A stretch of DNA of 63,157 nucleotides, the filler included, from Chiloscyllium plagiosum (lineage: Eukaryota): NCBI RefSeq assembly GCF_004010195.1. It is 6 parts of one record of this genome, joined end to end, with 100 filler letters (N's around TTAATTAATTAA, not from the genome) between each part and the next. Parts side by side here need not be neighbours in the genome. Positions count along the whole stretch, not along the records: positions 28,135 to 42,266 come from NC_057710.1; positions 42,367 to 61,051 come from NC_057710.1; 4 more parts are not named here. The stretch is one strand, 5' to 3'. A program made the position numbers and the translations under genes. The notes beneath the pieces were generated by a model. The model saw only the letters and a list, made by a program, of their open reading frames with translations. It had not been told where the DNA came from and searched no databases. Numbering within the stretch: the first letter of the stretch is position 1; each line of letters opens with the position of its first letter. Shown here one piece after another: positions 36,901 through 49,699 of the stretch.

Positions 36901-39097
36901 TTTCTTCATTTCAGTAGGATTGAGAAGTAATATAGTTTGCATCGGTGTAGCACTGCATCTATCTCCACAATAAATGACATCCACAAATGGTTTGGTTAAA
37001 GAGTGCACATAATTATTGCAGATATTGATATAACTCATTTTTTTAATGAAAAGTGCAGTAATTCCTATTTGCATGTTATCTATAATAGCAAGATTTTAAT
37101 TTTGAAGTTGAGTAAATACCTAACTCAGATCAATGTAAATTGTAATAGCGTTTTGCCAGAGGTATCTTTTTAAAATGGCTGTGCTTGTTAGTATTACAGT
37201 TATAGAGGACTTTCTCACTGCACATGCATTTGCAGAGCCTGTGATAACAGGCAGATATCTGCATCAGAGGTGGCACAGATCAAACTCAACCCAAGAGTAA
37301 TATTGTTTTCTCTACGTCCTGATTGTTGCCCCACTCCAGCTACATGCAGCTCCATTCATGACCCCATTCTGATTTGCTCACAATCCTGCTCACTCTACAG
37401 CTCTCTTGAACTGTTGCAGCATTCTTCATGATCTAGAAAGTGGCGAGAAGGTGAAGAGTCAGGAGTGGGATGGCAAGTGGCAAGTGAGGAAGGTGATGAG
37501 AGTTTGGAGCATAGCAACAGGTGGGAGACAGCAAGTTGTCAGGAGTCTGTTGGGAAATGGGATACAGTGGGTCAGTGATTGAGCAGCAAAACATCAATGG
37601 CGAGTATTTAGTGGATGGTGATCACAAAATGATGATACCAATAGTGGGAAGAACTGTGCATTTGCTGGCAAATTGTGTGGGTGTCGACTTCCTGTTCCAG
37701 TTGATGTCAGATGCAGTACCTTCAAATTAATCTTGAGATGTTGGCTTTGATTGGCAAAGGTTACCAATTATTAGTTCTTCTTGAGAAACTGATCATAGAC
37801 TTTTTGAATTTGCTTAATACAATTGCCCAAATAATTTAATTCAATATGATGGACTGATGGGCTACTTCGGCCTTTAATTTTTAATTATCCTTTGAAGTGA
37901 TGTACAGGTCAGTCTAGGAATAGATAGTAGATTTCCTTCCCAAAGAGCATTGGTAAATTAGTTGTTGTTAGTGACACATTATTTTTTGTTATCCTGAAAA
38001 AGGTTAATTGTAAGTCTGTGCAACTATTTTAGCTCAAATTTTCTGGGCCTGGTTCCTGGCATTTAAAAACCTAACTATGACCTTTCTGCAAGTTACACTT
38101 TTATCAGATGTATTTGGTCTTTTCTGTTGTTTGAATGAGTAGTTTAGAAATCAGAACATTGCAAATATAATCAGTAACCTTCACAAAGCTCGGGCAGTGG
38201 ACAGTTTGACTTGGCAAAAATCCTCCGGCTTTCTTCCCCCTGATTGTTGTCTAATGGCTGCTGCTAGACTGCATGTGTGGGAATATTGGGTCAAGATAGC
38301 ATCTGGAAAAGCCACTTTGCCTTAATTGATTAGTTTGCAAGCACTTGAAATTCACAGGGAAGAGCTCTACTTAAAGTACAGGAAAGTGCTTGGTGTCTGT
38401 GAAGTAGTTATATTATGTCAGCATTTGGTGGGATTGCAGAGGTTGGGGTGTAAATTGCCAATGGTTTTGTTTTCTTGTAAATTTCTCTTTCTTGGTAACC
38501 CCAATAGCCTTCCATTCTCTTGAACTCATTAAAAGTTACAGTTCCAAACATACTTGTGGTCCTGCGATGCCTCTCCAAAGTGGCTTTAACTCCAGTACAT
38601 TCCTGAACTTTGTTTCAGCAGGCTTTTAAATCATAAGGGGCATTGCAGCTGAGCCTATTTAATTTCTTGCAAAACATTGATATAGTCCATTTCTAGCAAG
38701 GGTAATAGTTCAGGAATATTAGTTAACAGACAAGCTATTGTCTGTCGTAAGAACTATAACAATGTCTACTGAAACATTTTAATTCACCACTCACTGGTCA
38801 GTTTGGCATTTGTGGGATGATGTGGCTCAGCTACTTGCTGGATGAATTCTGTGAACTACTGGGAGAGTGCAATTAGTATTTCAAAGAATACCTGCAAGAA
38901 TAAGGAAAGCAAAATAGCACCATAAGGTTGGCAACAATGTTAGATGTTATTATTACTTCACATATTATCAGGTTAACTCAATATGAAACACTTTTTAAAG
39001 CAAATTTAAGCCTCCTTTTAAAAGTTTCCATCTTGCACAATGTCTCTTTTGAATAGACTTCAATATGCTTTCTTTTCATCTCCTTCATTTTTACCAG

Positions 39098-39202
39098 TTG
39101 TCATGTGGGCATCGATGCAAAGCAATTTGCCATCCTGGTGACTGTCCACAAAGCTGCAACCAGAAAGTGAAGATGAAGTGTCCCTGTAAGCGGATTAAAA
39201 AG
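39098..39202 (+). CDS. NFXL1: NFXL1 internal coding exon (105 nt), last NF-X1 zinc finger
   Basis: Pyrimidine tract plus CAG acceptor ending at 39097, GTATCT donor at 39203. Translates [35 protein letters not shown] (human [35 protein letters not shown]). Phase 0 to 0, in frame with the preceding exon. Confidence 0.93.
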
Positions 39203-40325
39203 GTATCTTTTAATTATAATATATTGAGATTTTTGTACCTATAACATTTCCTTCTTTATACTTTGCCTAGATGTAAGTCATTCAAGGTGCAGTCTAAATA
39301 TTTTAGTTACTTCACCCCATAACCTTGAAAATTTGCCATATCATCTTAATTAGTTTGAAAGTAATATGTAATTGTCAGAGTTGTATAAGGACGATCAGTC
39401 ACTCCAAGAATAGAATCATGATTTATCTTTATTCTTAGATGACAGCTACAATGATAAACTGATACAAAAACAACAACATCTCTGTATTATTTTTTATTTA
39501 TTCGTACGATATGGAGGTATTCATTGGCAAAGCCAGTATCTATTACCCATCCTAATTCAAAGAATCACACTTATTACAGTTTGTAATATGGTCAGTCGTC
39601 ATATCATGTCTCTGCCGAACCTCTGAGCACTTCACTTAATGCTGTTCTTCTGTCTTCTTCCGTAACCTGCACATTGTTATCTGAAGAGAAGCAGTCTAAC
39701 TCCCTTTTGAATGCTTCTATTGAAACTGCCTCTACTACTCAGACAGTGTCTTCCAGATGCTCAACATCTGCATGTAGTAGATGGTGATGAGTTGCCTTTT
39801 TGAGCCTTAACAGTCCACATAGTGAACTGTCAGGTAGAGACAGTTTTGCCATATTCTAACCAAGTGGTGTAGTTTTTTTAGTCCTTCCCAATGGAGATAA
39901 GTTTGAGTATTTAATTCCTTGTTGCTGCTTCACTTTATGCATTTTAAACTTGTTGTATAAGTCAGCCTCCATTTTTGGCAGCAAAGCTTCAGCGTTGATT
40001 ATTTTATTGCAATCATAGTTACCTCTGCTTTAACTTTCTGCGCTCTACCCATATACTTTAATTCTGTTAATGTCCAAAAATCTAATGATCTCTGATTTTT
40101 AATACACTCAACAACTGAACATTAATTACCGATTGTGGTAGATAATTCCAGAGTTTTAGAACTCTGTGAATAAAGAAACCTATTTTCTCAGCCCTGAATG
40201 ACTGATCCTGTATTCTGAACCTGTGCCTGTTCGCTTTAGATTCAACATCATGAGGAAACACCCTCCCAGTAACCATTTTGCCTAATCTCTTCAGATTTTA
40301 TGTTCCAGAGATCTCATCTTTTATT

Positions 40326-40915
40326 TGTTATGGACCAGGCCAGACCCCTTTGAAACATTTCAAGAAGGTAGCCCAGATCCTAACTTTTCTAGTTGTTTTA
40401 AGCAGGGGGAAAGTGGATATTCCAGGAGTGCTGCAGCTGGCCAAACCATTCTGTTTTAAACAAAACAATTTATTTACAGATTACTGAATGAAACACAAAC
40501 AAAAGAGAACTGAATTTAGAAAAACTCAACCTATCTGAAAACCCATACGACTCTATTGCAACTTAATGATGCTGTTCCAAATGCGTCATCCCCATAAATA
40601 CCCCTTGGCAAAAAAAGGTAAAATCAAACACAGGTTCTCACAGGAGGGATGTCAGAGAGTCAGCCAGAATATCTCTGTTGAATGAGGGAAACTTTCCCCC
40701 AGTGTTCTTTGACCAATGGCTTCAAACAGATTGCTTGCTAAAAGCTGAGCTGGGAGAACTGGCCATGCCTCTTGCATTTACGAGTGTTTTTAAAAGAAAA
40801 CTTAAGAGTCTTTTCAAGTAGATATTTCCAGACAAATCGGAACCTCTGCCTTTATGACGCCTCTCTAAACAACCCAAGGGCAAAATAACCCTGCTAAAGG
40901 GGCAACATCATCACA
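40326..40915 (-). mobile_element. 3' LTR (~590 bp) of a Gypsy LTR retrotransposon
   Basis: Begins TGTTA and ends TCACA (TG...CA with short inverted termini). Immediately followed by tacccccccttttt, the reverse complement of polypurine tract aaaaagggggggta. Confidence 0.8.
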
Positions 40916-41092
40916 TACCCCCCCTTTTTAAAAAAAAATATCCAAAGATGGCTTCATTTTAAAACCCCTTAATTTTACACTGTTAGTACACTACAACACA
41001 CATATACATTACATTGACTATAAACATGCAAACATGCACTATTACAGTCCATTTCAGTCCACTTACTCCTGCCACCAAACTTCTAAAATTTG

Positions 41093-41971
41093 TCATCCAA
41101 GTCTCGACAATGTGTCGGCATTCAAGTTTTCTTGTCCTGCCACATGCACAATTTTCAAATTGAATGGCTGTAACAACAAACTCTATCTAAGCAGGCTGGA
41201 ATTTTTGTCATTAAATTTCTCCACAAACTTCAGTAGGTTATGATCAATGGATATGATTGATTGAGATACGTTACTGGTAACATAAACATTGAAATGTGGT
41301 TACACCAACACCAAGCTCTAAGTCTCCTACTCAACTGTAAAATATTTCTGCTGACGAATGTTCAACTTCCTGGAGAAATATTCGATAGCTCTTTCTATCA
41401 TCTTGTCGTTCTGTAAGACCATAGCACCGACACCACATCACTTGCATCGATAGCCACTTTAAATGGCTTTGGGTAATTAGGTGTGGCTGACACGAGGGCA
41501 GTTATTAACACAGCTTTCAGGCTGTCAAATGCCTTTTGACAGTCTGCTGTGCAATGAAGCTTCTTGCTTTTCTTTAGTAATTCAGTGAGTGGAGCAGCCA
41601 TACTGTTAAAATGTGTTACAAATTTCTGATAAAATTCACTCAATTCCAGGGATCATAGTACTGCTCTTTTTGTTCATGGTATGGGAAACTCCCCAATTAC
41701 CTTTTTTGTTTTTGCATTCCATGGGGCCATTTGTCCATGTCCAATAACATGGCCCACAAAGGTGACTTGGGCTTTGGCAAATTCAATTTTAGACAAGTTT
41801 ACCACTAAGCCTGCCTCCTGAAGTTTGATTGAACAATTTTGATAAATGTTGGAAATGTTCCTCCAAAGTGTGACTAAAAATCGCCAGGTTATTAATATAT
41901 ACCACACAATTGGGTAATCTGGAAATGACTTTGTTGTTTAGTCTTTGAAATGTGGCTGGAGCATTTTTCAT
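41093..41971 (-). pseudogene. Gypsy (Ty3) pol remnant: RT and RNase H, frameshifted
   Basis: MKNAPATFQRL...CVVYINNL (YxDD degraded), EFAKAQVTFVGHVIG, AAPLTELLKK...CQKAFDSLK, FKVAIDASD; ends ...IVHVAGQENLNADTLSRLG* with the stop at 41093-41095. Confidence 0.88.
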
Positions 41972-41974
41972 GGA

Positions 41975-42600
41975 GGAGTTGAAAAATGTGGTGCTGGAAA
42001 AACACAGTAGGCCAGGCAGCATCCGAGGAGCAGGAGAATCGCCTTTTCGGGCACAAGCCCTTCTTCAGTAATGAGGCTGGTGTGCCAAGCGGGCTGAGAT
42101 AAAGGGTAGGGGGAAGGGAATTTGGGGAAGGGGTGCTGGGAATACGATAGGTGGAAGGAGGTGAGGGTGATAGGCCGGAGAGGGAGTGGGGGCGGAGAGG
42201 TCGGGAAGAAGATTGCAGGTCAAGAGGGCGGTGCTGAATCCGGGAGTTGGGACTGAGATAAGGTGGNNNNNNNNNNNNNNNNNNNNNNNNNNNNNNNNNN
42301 NNNNNNNNNNTTAATTAATTAANNNNNNNNNNNNNNNNNNNNNNNNNNNNNNNNNNNNNNNNNNNNGGGCAGTAGGAGGAGGTATCTGCGAGCTGGCGTT
42401 TGGCCTCAGCGGTGTAGAGGTCGGTGCGCCAAACTACTACCGCGCCTCCCTTGTCTGCTGGTTTGATAGTGAGGTTGGGGTTGCAACGGAGGGAGTGGAG
42501 GGCTGCGCGTTCTGAGGGTGAGAGGTTGGAGTGGGTGAGAGGGGTGGGGGAGTTCAGGTGGCGGTTTCTATCGTGGCGGCAGTTGGCTATGAGGTATTTC
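41975..42600 (-). mobile_element. Penelope-like element spanning a gap; truncates the Gypsy pol
   Basis: Terminal repeat gtggtgctggaaaaacacag...cgggcacaagcccttcttcag. After the gap, the minus strand reads IKPADKGGAVVVWRTDLYTAEAKRQLAD, a PLE pre-RT motif. Confidence 0.85.
42267..42366. other. Assembly gap with artificial linker
   Basis: N44-TTAATTAATTAA-N44. Confidence 0.97.
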
Positions 42601-44419
42601 CATAATCTCCTATCTTTCTGTCCTCATATTTTCTGCCTTCAGTCAAATGGGATTTTTGTGGAATGTTATTGTCCATTGTTACTGTTGGTTGTTTCCATAT
42701 CGAATGACATGAAGTATAATGTAATGTGAGAAATTTCATAATGTACCAGAGACTGAGAAATTATCCATGGTTCTTGACCATCAGTATCATTTGATGTGTA
42801 ATGACTTCAACTAAAACAGCTTAATACATTAATGTCAAATTCCTATCTCTGTTGCCCTAATAGAGGCATCAATCTACTTAGTTTTACTTGGTATTAACAT
42901 GTTGATATTCCATATAGTAACACTACCTTCAGTAAACCTACACTTTACATGCATTTGGCTTTATCATGAAAGCACAGTTTAGAACATGTTTACTTCATAT
43001 TAAGAAAAGATTATTACTGTCATTTTCTTAATCATAAACAATCAAATCTGGAATCAGCCATGTGTAAACCCTTTGTGTCTGCCTTGTGTACTTATTTTCT
43101 TATTTTAGCACACCTACAAAGTGTTTTCTCCAGTGGTTACAGCTTCAGAACTGGAAAACTGCTGAGCTTCAAGTATTCTTCAGATTATTCTAGCATGGGT
43201 TATCTTGAGCAGCAATAAACCTGAGCAAACCAGCTCAGACTACAGCACCTAGTGTGAGCCAGAACAGTGTAGGATGACATGCTATGGGATACTAAAGGGC
43301 AGATGCAATACAGTCATGCTGATAGAATGTAGCAGATGTCTCCCCTGTGGAGTTAAGTCTGATTTTCTGAAACAGCAGAGGACCCAATTGGATAACGGCA
43401 GAAATGATTGAATACTCTGAAAGCTCCTGCCCATAGTTGCGCTCACATCTGAGATGGTAACCATTTGTTCTTCCTTTGTAGAAGTGTAAGATGCTATCAT
43501 TCCAATCTTGGCTTTCGAGGTAATTTCTTGTGCTGCCATAGCTGCTGTTGAACTGAGAAGAGAGACTCCGTGTTGGTAGGCAACTGAGTTGTATTGAGGA
43601 ACTGATCATTCTGTGCATATTGGACAAAATGATCTTCATGCTCTATGCAAAGCTTTGAGCTAAGTGGATCCAGGGTCCGCTCCTGTACTCTGTGACATCG
43701 TACATAAGCCTTCAGCACTGAATATATCCTGCTGGATGCCCATCAGCTTTCTTTTGTACATTGGTCCCTTGAGGTATTCCCCTGCTTTTTCTGTGTTAGA
43801 AGTAATGTGTAATGCCTCTTTCTGTCAAAGCTAGCAGCTGTCCTCTTGCTTGTGACACTCCCTTTATTGTCCCATCTCTAATAATTCTGGCTTGTTCACA
43901 ATTTTCTTCTTCTACCAGTGATTCATCTCTTTGACCCACCTGAATTCCACATAGAGCTACAATTGAAGGCACATAAGGTTATTGCTCAAAACTAAGAGAA
44001 CTCAGTGAAACTTCAGTTTCTCACTGAAAGTTAATGCAACAGTTAAGAATACTGCTATATTATTTGTAATTGATTGCTGAAAGAATGAAGCCCAGTAATC
44101 ATAAAATTAAAGAAAAATATTATCAAATGTAAATTTAATGCAAATTGTAATGTTATACTTTAAAAGTAAATTGTGTTGGTGATCTGCAACTGCAATGAAA
44201 TCGTGTCTTTGTAGCTATACCTAGGCTAGTTTCCCTAAAGTTGACTATTTAGTGGCTGTTCAACTGTAAATTGAGTTTTCCTCCCATAGTCTCAGCTAAG
44301 GAAAATAAGAAGGCATGTAAATTGAACAGGCAATTTGAAATGGTCTTCACTTTGGAGAATACTAGAAACATCACAGTAATTGGTGTAATTTAGGAAATGG
44401 AAGGAGGGATAGAGAGTTA

Positions 44420-45900
44420 AAGGATTTGCCAACACCTTCAGCCAGATGTGCCACATGGACAAGTTATCTCCAAATCACAGCTGCCAGTGCTCAGTCAATT
44501 CAATTCTCTCTACATGATATCAAAAAACAGCTTGATACTGGAAACTTCAAAGACTGGTCCTGACAATACTTCAGCGTTGGCTCTGCCCTGGAAGTAGCTG
44601 TGATCTTAGCCAAGCTGTTCCAGTACATCCACAATACTGGCCATCTGCCCAGCAATGTGAAGAATTGCCCAGGACGAACAAACCTAATTACTGCCATGCC
44701 AATCTACTGTCAATCATCCATACAGTGATTGAAAGTGCCATGGACAATGCTAGCAAATAGCACTTATTTAGCAATAGCCTGCACTATGACACTCAGTTTA
44801 GGCTCCATTAGATCCACTCAGCTCCTGACATATTGGTCCAAACTTCAGCAAAAAAGCTGAACTCACGGGAGAATATGAGGCGACTGCCTTTGACATCAAG
44901 GAACTTTTTAAAACCTTCAGTTCATTGGAGAAATGTATCCAGGAATTGGAGTAATATCTAGAATAAAGGAAGATGGTCGTGATTGTTAGACATAATGATC
45001 TCAGTTCCAGGATACTTCTGAAGGCATTCCTCAGGGCAGTGTCCTGGTCCAACCTGCTTCAGTTGCTTAACCAACAACCTACCTTCCCTCCACATAAGGT
45101 CAGAGATTGGGTTTTCACTAATCATTACAGAAAGCTCAAAAACCAATCAAAATTTCTCACATAAGCAGTACATAGCCATAGCAAGACCTGGACATAGGAC
45201 AGACTTTTACTTATCAGCAGCAAGTAACATTCCCACCACACAAATAACCAGGCAATGACTATCTCTGACAGCTCCACATTTTTGGGGGTTGCCATTGACC
45301 AGATCTGAACGAGACCAGGCAAATAAATACTATAAAAGCCGGTCAGAGGCTAGGAATTTTGCAATGAATTGCTCTCATTATGTCCTCCCTAATGCCTGTC
45401 CACTAACTACAAGACACTATTCAGTGTCATGGAATACTCTGCACTTGCCTGAATGGGTGCAACTCCAACAACAGTCAGTAAAACTAACACTGTCCAGAAC
45501 AAAGCAGCATGCTTGAATGGCACCCCATTCACCACCTTCAACATTCACTTCCCAATGGCAGCAGTATATACTTCAAAAGAAACATGGCAGAAAGCTGCCA
45601 AGGCTCTTCAGACACCATCTGCCTCACTCATGACCTCCACTATCTAGAAGGCCAAGGAAAGCAGATGCTTGAGGACGCCACCTCCTGCATGTGCCTCTTC
45701 AAGCTGGAAGTGGAACTATGTCACAATTCCATCTTGTTGCTGTGTCCAAACCCTGGAACACTGTGAATGTGCCTACACATCAAGGACTGCAGCAGGTCAA
45801 CTTAACGGCTCACCATTACCTTCTCCATGGCAGTTGGGCACAGGCAACAACTGCTGGCTTAGCCAGTGAAGCCCACACCATACATACAAACAGAAAAAAA
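44420..45900 (+). mobile_element. Degenerate L2-clade LINE (RT to 3' tail)
   Basis: actgcctttgacatcaagg (ALDIK), cctcagggcagtgtcctgg (PQGSVL), and the 3' tail shared with the other L2 remnants. Confidence 0.7.
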
Positions 45901-47009
45901 GTTGTTTAAATTTCTCGCTCCATAAGTTGGGGGAAACAAAATGTTCTCACAGTTTCAATAATTGCTGACAAAATCTTAACTGCTGTAATTTTAACTTTAT
46001 TAATCACAACCCATCATTGTCACAATTGTGTGGGGTAAGATGTATAAGTAAGATCACTATTGATCACTCAAAGTGGTTATTTAAGGATTAGCTGTCTTGA
46101 AGTGGCATTATGAATACAAGTCTGATCATCTGATAATGAACGAAGTGCTTGAGTGGACTTCAATGTTTTGAATGGGCATTCATGATTGAGACTTACTTTT
46201 CACATTAGAAATGGTGTAATAGATATGTCAACTTCATGTTATTTCACCTCAGCATGCGTTAGCAGGGAGGGGTGGAATGAGACAGGTAAATAGTGCTAGG
46301 TGGATCATAAATTCGAATTAGCTAAAACTGGTGTGGCATAAGCAATGGTGAGAAACATGGGGAAATAGAGAATGAAAATATCAGAATCTTGATGTTGAGA
46401 AATATTTTTGCAATTCTCCCCTCAAATCACAAATGGAGACTTCAGAACCTTGCCATTGAGTGATGACCACCTGATTTAAATGTATTTGTCTCTCACTAAA
46501 TCTGTGACTCCAATCACCTCCACCACCACAAATTCTCTGGAGTTGTGTATTCTGAGATGATTAAACAATCTGATGCTGTTACCACAGACAGGGCTGGTGC
46601 TGTTTGAAGAAGTGGGTGGGTGGATCCATCGTCTGGCTCAAAGCCGGGCCATTTCTGCTGTCATTCCTCACTGGTGCTTCTGTCAGTAGCACATTTTTCT
46701 GAATGGGAGAAGTAGAGAATCTTCAAGCCATTGCTGGATTGTCCTTTACTTGAGGACAGGGGCAGCTGCACAACATATGTGCATTTGTGTGTTACTCTGG
46801 CTGCCTGTATTCTACATCATACAAGTACTCCAAAAGGACTAGGGCCCATCTCTGAAGCTGACTGGTCACCATTGAGGGAATCCCTGTGTCCAGGCTGAAG
46901 ATGGACTTGAGGAGCTGACTTATTCATTAGCAGAATGAAGTGGGCGCTGTACAAATGGTGGTAAAATTCTTCTCACAATGAACATGATGCTTCTTCTCTA
47001 ATTAGATCA

Positions 47010-47298
47010 TAGAATCCTTACAGAGCTGGCCCTTTGAGTACACGCTGACCCTTTGAAGAGCATTCCTCCCAGAACCACACCTCCCCTCCCCCCATTCCTC
47101 ACAACTCTTCATTTCACATGGCCAATCCAACTAACCTGCACATCTTTGGACTGTGGGAGGAAACTGCTGCATCTGGAGGAAACCCACAGCAGACTAGGTA
47201 AATATGCAAACTCCACACTCTAACACAAGGCTAGAATTGAACCCAGGTCCCTGGTGCTGAGAGGCATCAGTGTTAACCACTGAACCACATGCCACCCT
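47010..47298 (-). mobile_element. HE1/V-SINE, diverged
   Basis: Reverse complement of the V-domain: ctaacctgcacatctttggactgtgggaggaaac...caaactccacac. Confidence 0.8.
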
Positions 47299-48249
47299 CA
47301 ATGGGTGATATCACATTTATACAGTAGTGAGAGAGTGCAGAGTGTAATCAATCAGCCTGTCTCCTGCATTGGGTAGGGTGTGTGATAGCACTGTATCAAT
47401 TCCATAGGATGAGGCATAACAAGCCAATCGCAACAGCAGATGAGTGTCAAAATGAACCAAAATGTCTGACATCTGGTTCCATTTCCAAAGTTGAACTTTG
47501 CACAGAAGATTGTGTAACAGCTTCAAAAGCTTCACAAAATTTAGAATGAATTTGTATTAATAACTCATGAGACTCAGGAAAGACCTTAATAGGGATTCAT
47601 TAGTAGACTGAGGAGACTCCGTGATTGCCTCTATTTTCTTTGGTAAAGCCCCTTGCTGTTGATGTGCTCAAAGTATTCAATTAAGTTCTTGAAGAACATT
47701 CAATTTATTTTTACTCATAATCTGTGAGCATGCACTCATTTTAGGCTTCCTCCAGGTTTCTCAAGAGCTCTTCCTCAAGTGAAGCCTGTGATCGAAGTAT
47801 CATCGAGTAGCATTACTGCAGACCCTGTTAATCCATTCAGGATTTGCCCTGTGAAATAGACTGATCCCAGAGGGAGCCTTGCATTGTAAAACAAACCCCA
47901 GCGAGTGACTATAGTCACCTGCTATTGGGATTCAGCAGCCAGTCCCATCTGCAGGTTGGCCTGTGAAACAAATCTTTATGAAGTTTTGCTCCACCCGCCA
48001 GGCCACTGAACAGTTCAAAGGCAATGGGCATTTATCTGCAATTAGTGCTGGATTAACAGTGAGTTTAAAGTCACTATGGATTCAGATTGATCAGTTGTGT
48101 TTTAAAATGGGGTTGCCCAATAACTGGAGATTAATAATTTGAGAAGGTTGCTGTTCACCAGCCTTATTACTTCTGCCTCGGTTTTCAGATGAATGGTATA
48201 CAGAAGTGTGCACCCTCAGGCTTTTGAGTTAACTATCTGGTTTCAATTT

Positions 48250-48570
48250 CATAGAATCACAGAAACATGCCATTTGGCTCAACAAGTTCACACTGACCCT
48301 CCAAAGGGTAACCTACCCAGACCCATTCCTCTATCCTATATTTACCCAGACTTATGCACCTAATTGACACGTCCCTGAACACTATGGGCAATTTAGCATG
48401 GCCAATTCACCTAACCTGCACATCTTTGGACTGTGAGAGGAAACCAGAGCACCCAGAGGAAACCTACGCAGACACGGGGAGAATGTGCAAACTCCACACA
48501 GATAGTCGTCTAAGGGTGGAATCAGATCTGAGTCCCTCATGCTTGTGAGACACTGTACTGCCCACCATGG
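48250..48570 (-). mobile_element. HE1/V-SINE, followed by a short CR1 3' tail (48570-48692, +)
   Basis: gggcaatttagcatggccaattcacctaacctgcacatctttggactgtg...gtgcaaactccacacag. Confidence 0.8.
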
Positions 48571-49699
48571 TCTGGAAGGACTTAAAGGGATATGGGCCAA
48601 ATGCTTGTAAATGGGACTAGATCAGTTTAGGATCTCAGGACAGTGTGGACAAGTTGGGTCGAAGGGTCTGTTTCCATGCTGTATGACTCTATAAGAAACG
48701 AACATGAAGGATTGGTGGGTCACCTCAATTGCCAGGTTGAGTCTACAATTCAGTCTATGACCTGTGTCTTGTGCTGCATTTCATCCTCATTCGGCTTGCA
48801 AATGCTCACTAAAAATGACTGTTATCACAGTAAGAGTAGGTGGAAGCAAATGTTTTTTTTTCTGCCTAGGAATGAAGGTTTTATTTGAGAGAGATGAGAC
48901 CCTTACACATTTCAGATTTAAATATCTGTAATCCTAGAATTCTGTCTGTGAACTTCATGTAGGGACCAAATATATCAAATAGAAACCGTGGCCACAAACC
49001 CAACCTTGATCATGTCATTGGTCATTACAGATTGATCACAGATATCTCTGTGAAGAAATTCTAACCACAAGCAACTTTAAAAATATTGCCTGTGGGTTGC
49101 AATTCGCAAAGACAACCCAAAATCTCAGGCTGCACAAGGGTGGGAGCTAGTCTTCTTTGAATTATTAAGTTCTTGCCAACATGCTCTTAAATGCAATTCT
49201 GCCTTTCTCTGGTGATATGAATGGTGGGTTTGTGGGGGACAATGTTCAGAAATCCAACAGCACTTACAATCTCCCAATGTATTTACAAGGGTTGTCATGC
49301 TGCATAAATCAGAATAAAGTCCAATATGTTGTAGGTCCTGGTTCAGGGATGCCACGGCCATTCTAGTTGGAGTCCTCCATGTCCTATTACATTGAGGACT
49401 ATGGTAAATTATCATTTGTGTGTAATGTGAATGCTGGCTGCTCACATTACTCCGCAGCTGTTCAGTTTCTGTTTTTGTGACCGTGGATTAATTGGAACCA
49501 ATGGATCCAGTCACAGCAGGAGTTATTGTCACTGTGAACATGGTTCAACAAAGGATCAGAGAGGTTGAAGTGGAACAAATCACCAGCAAGGCCAGAAACA
49601 ACCTCGAACAGCTGCCCTACCATGTCACTTGAAGGAGCTGCTGCTGAAGGTTCCCTCAAGATACAGGAGGCTCAGAATCTATTGTCTTTGATATTGTTC

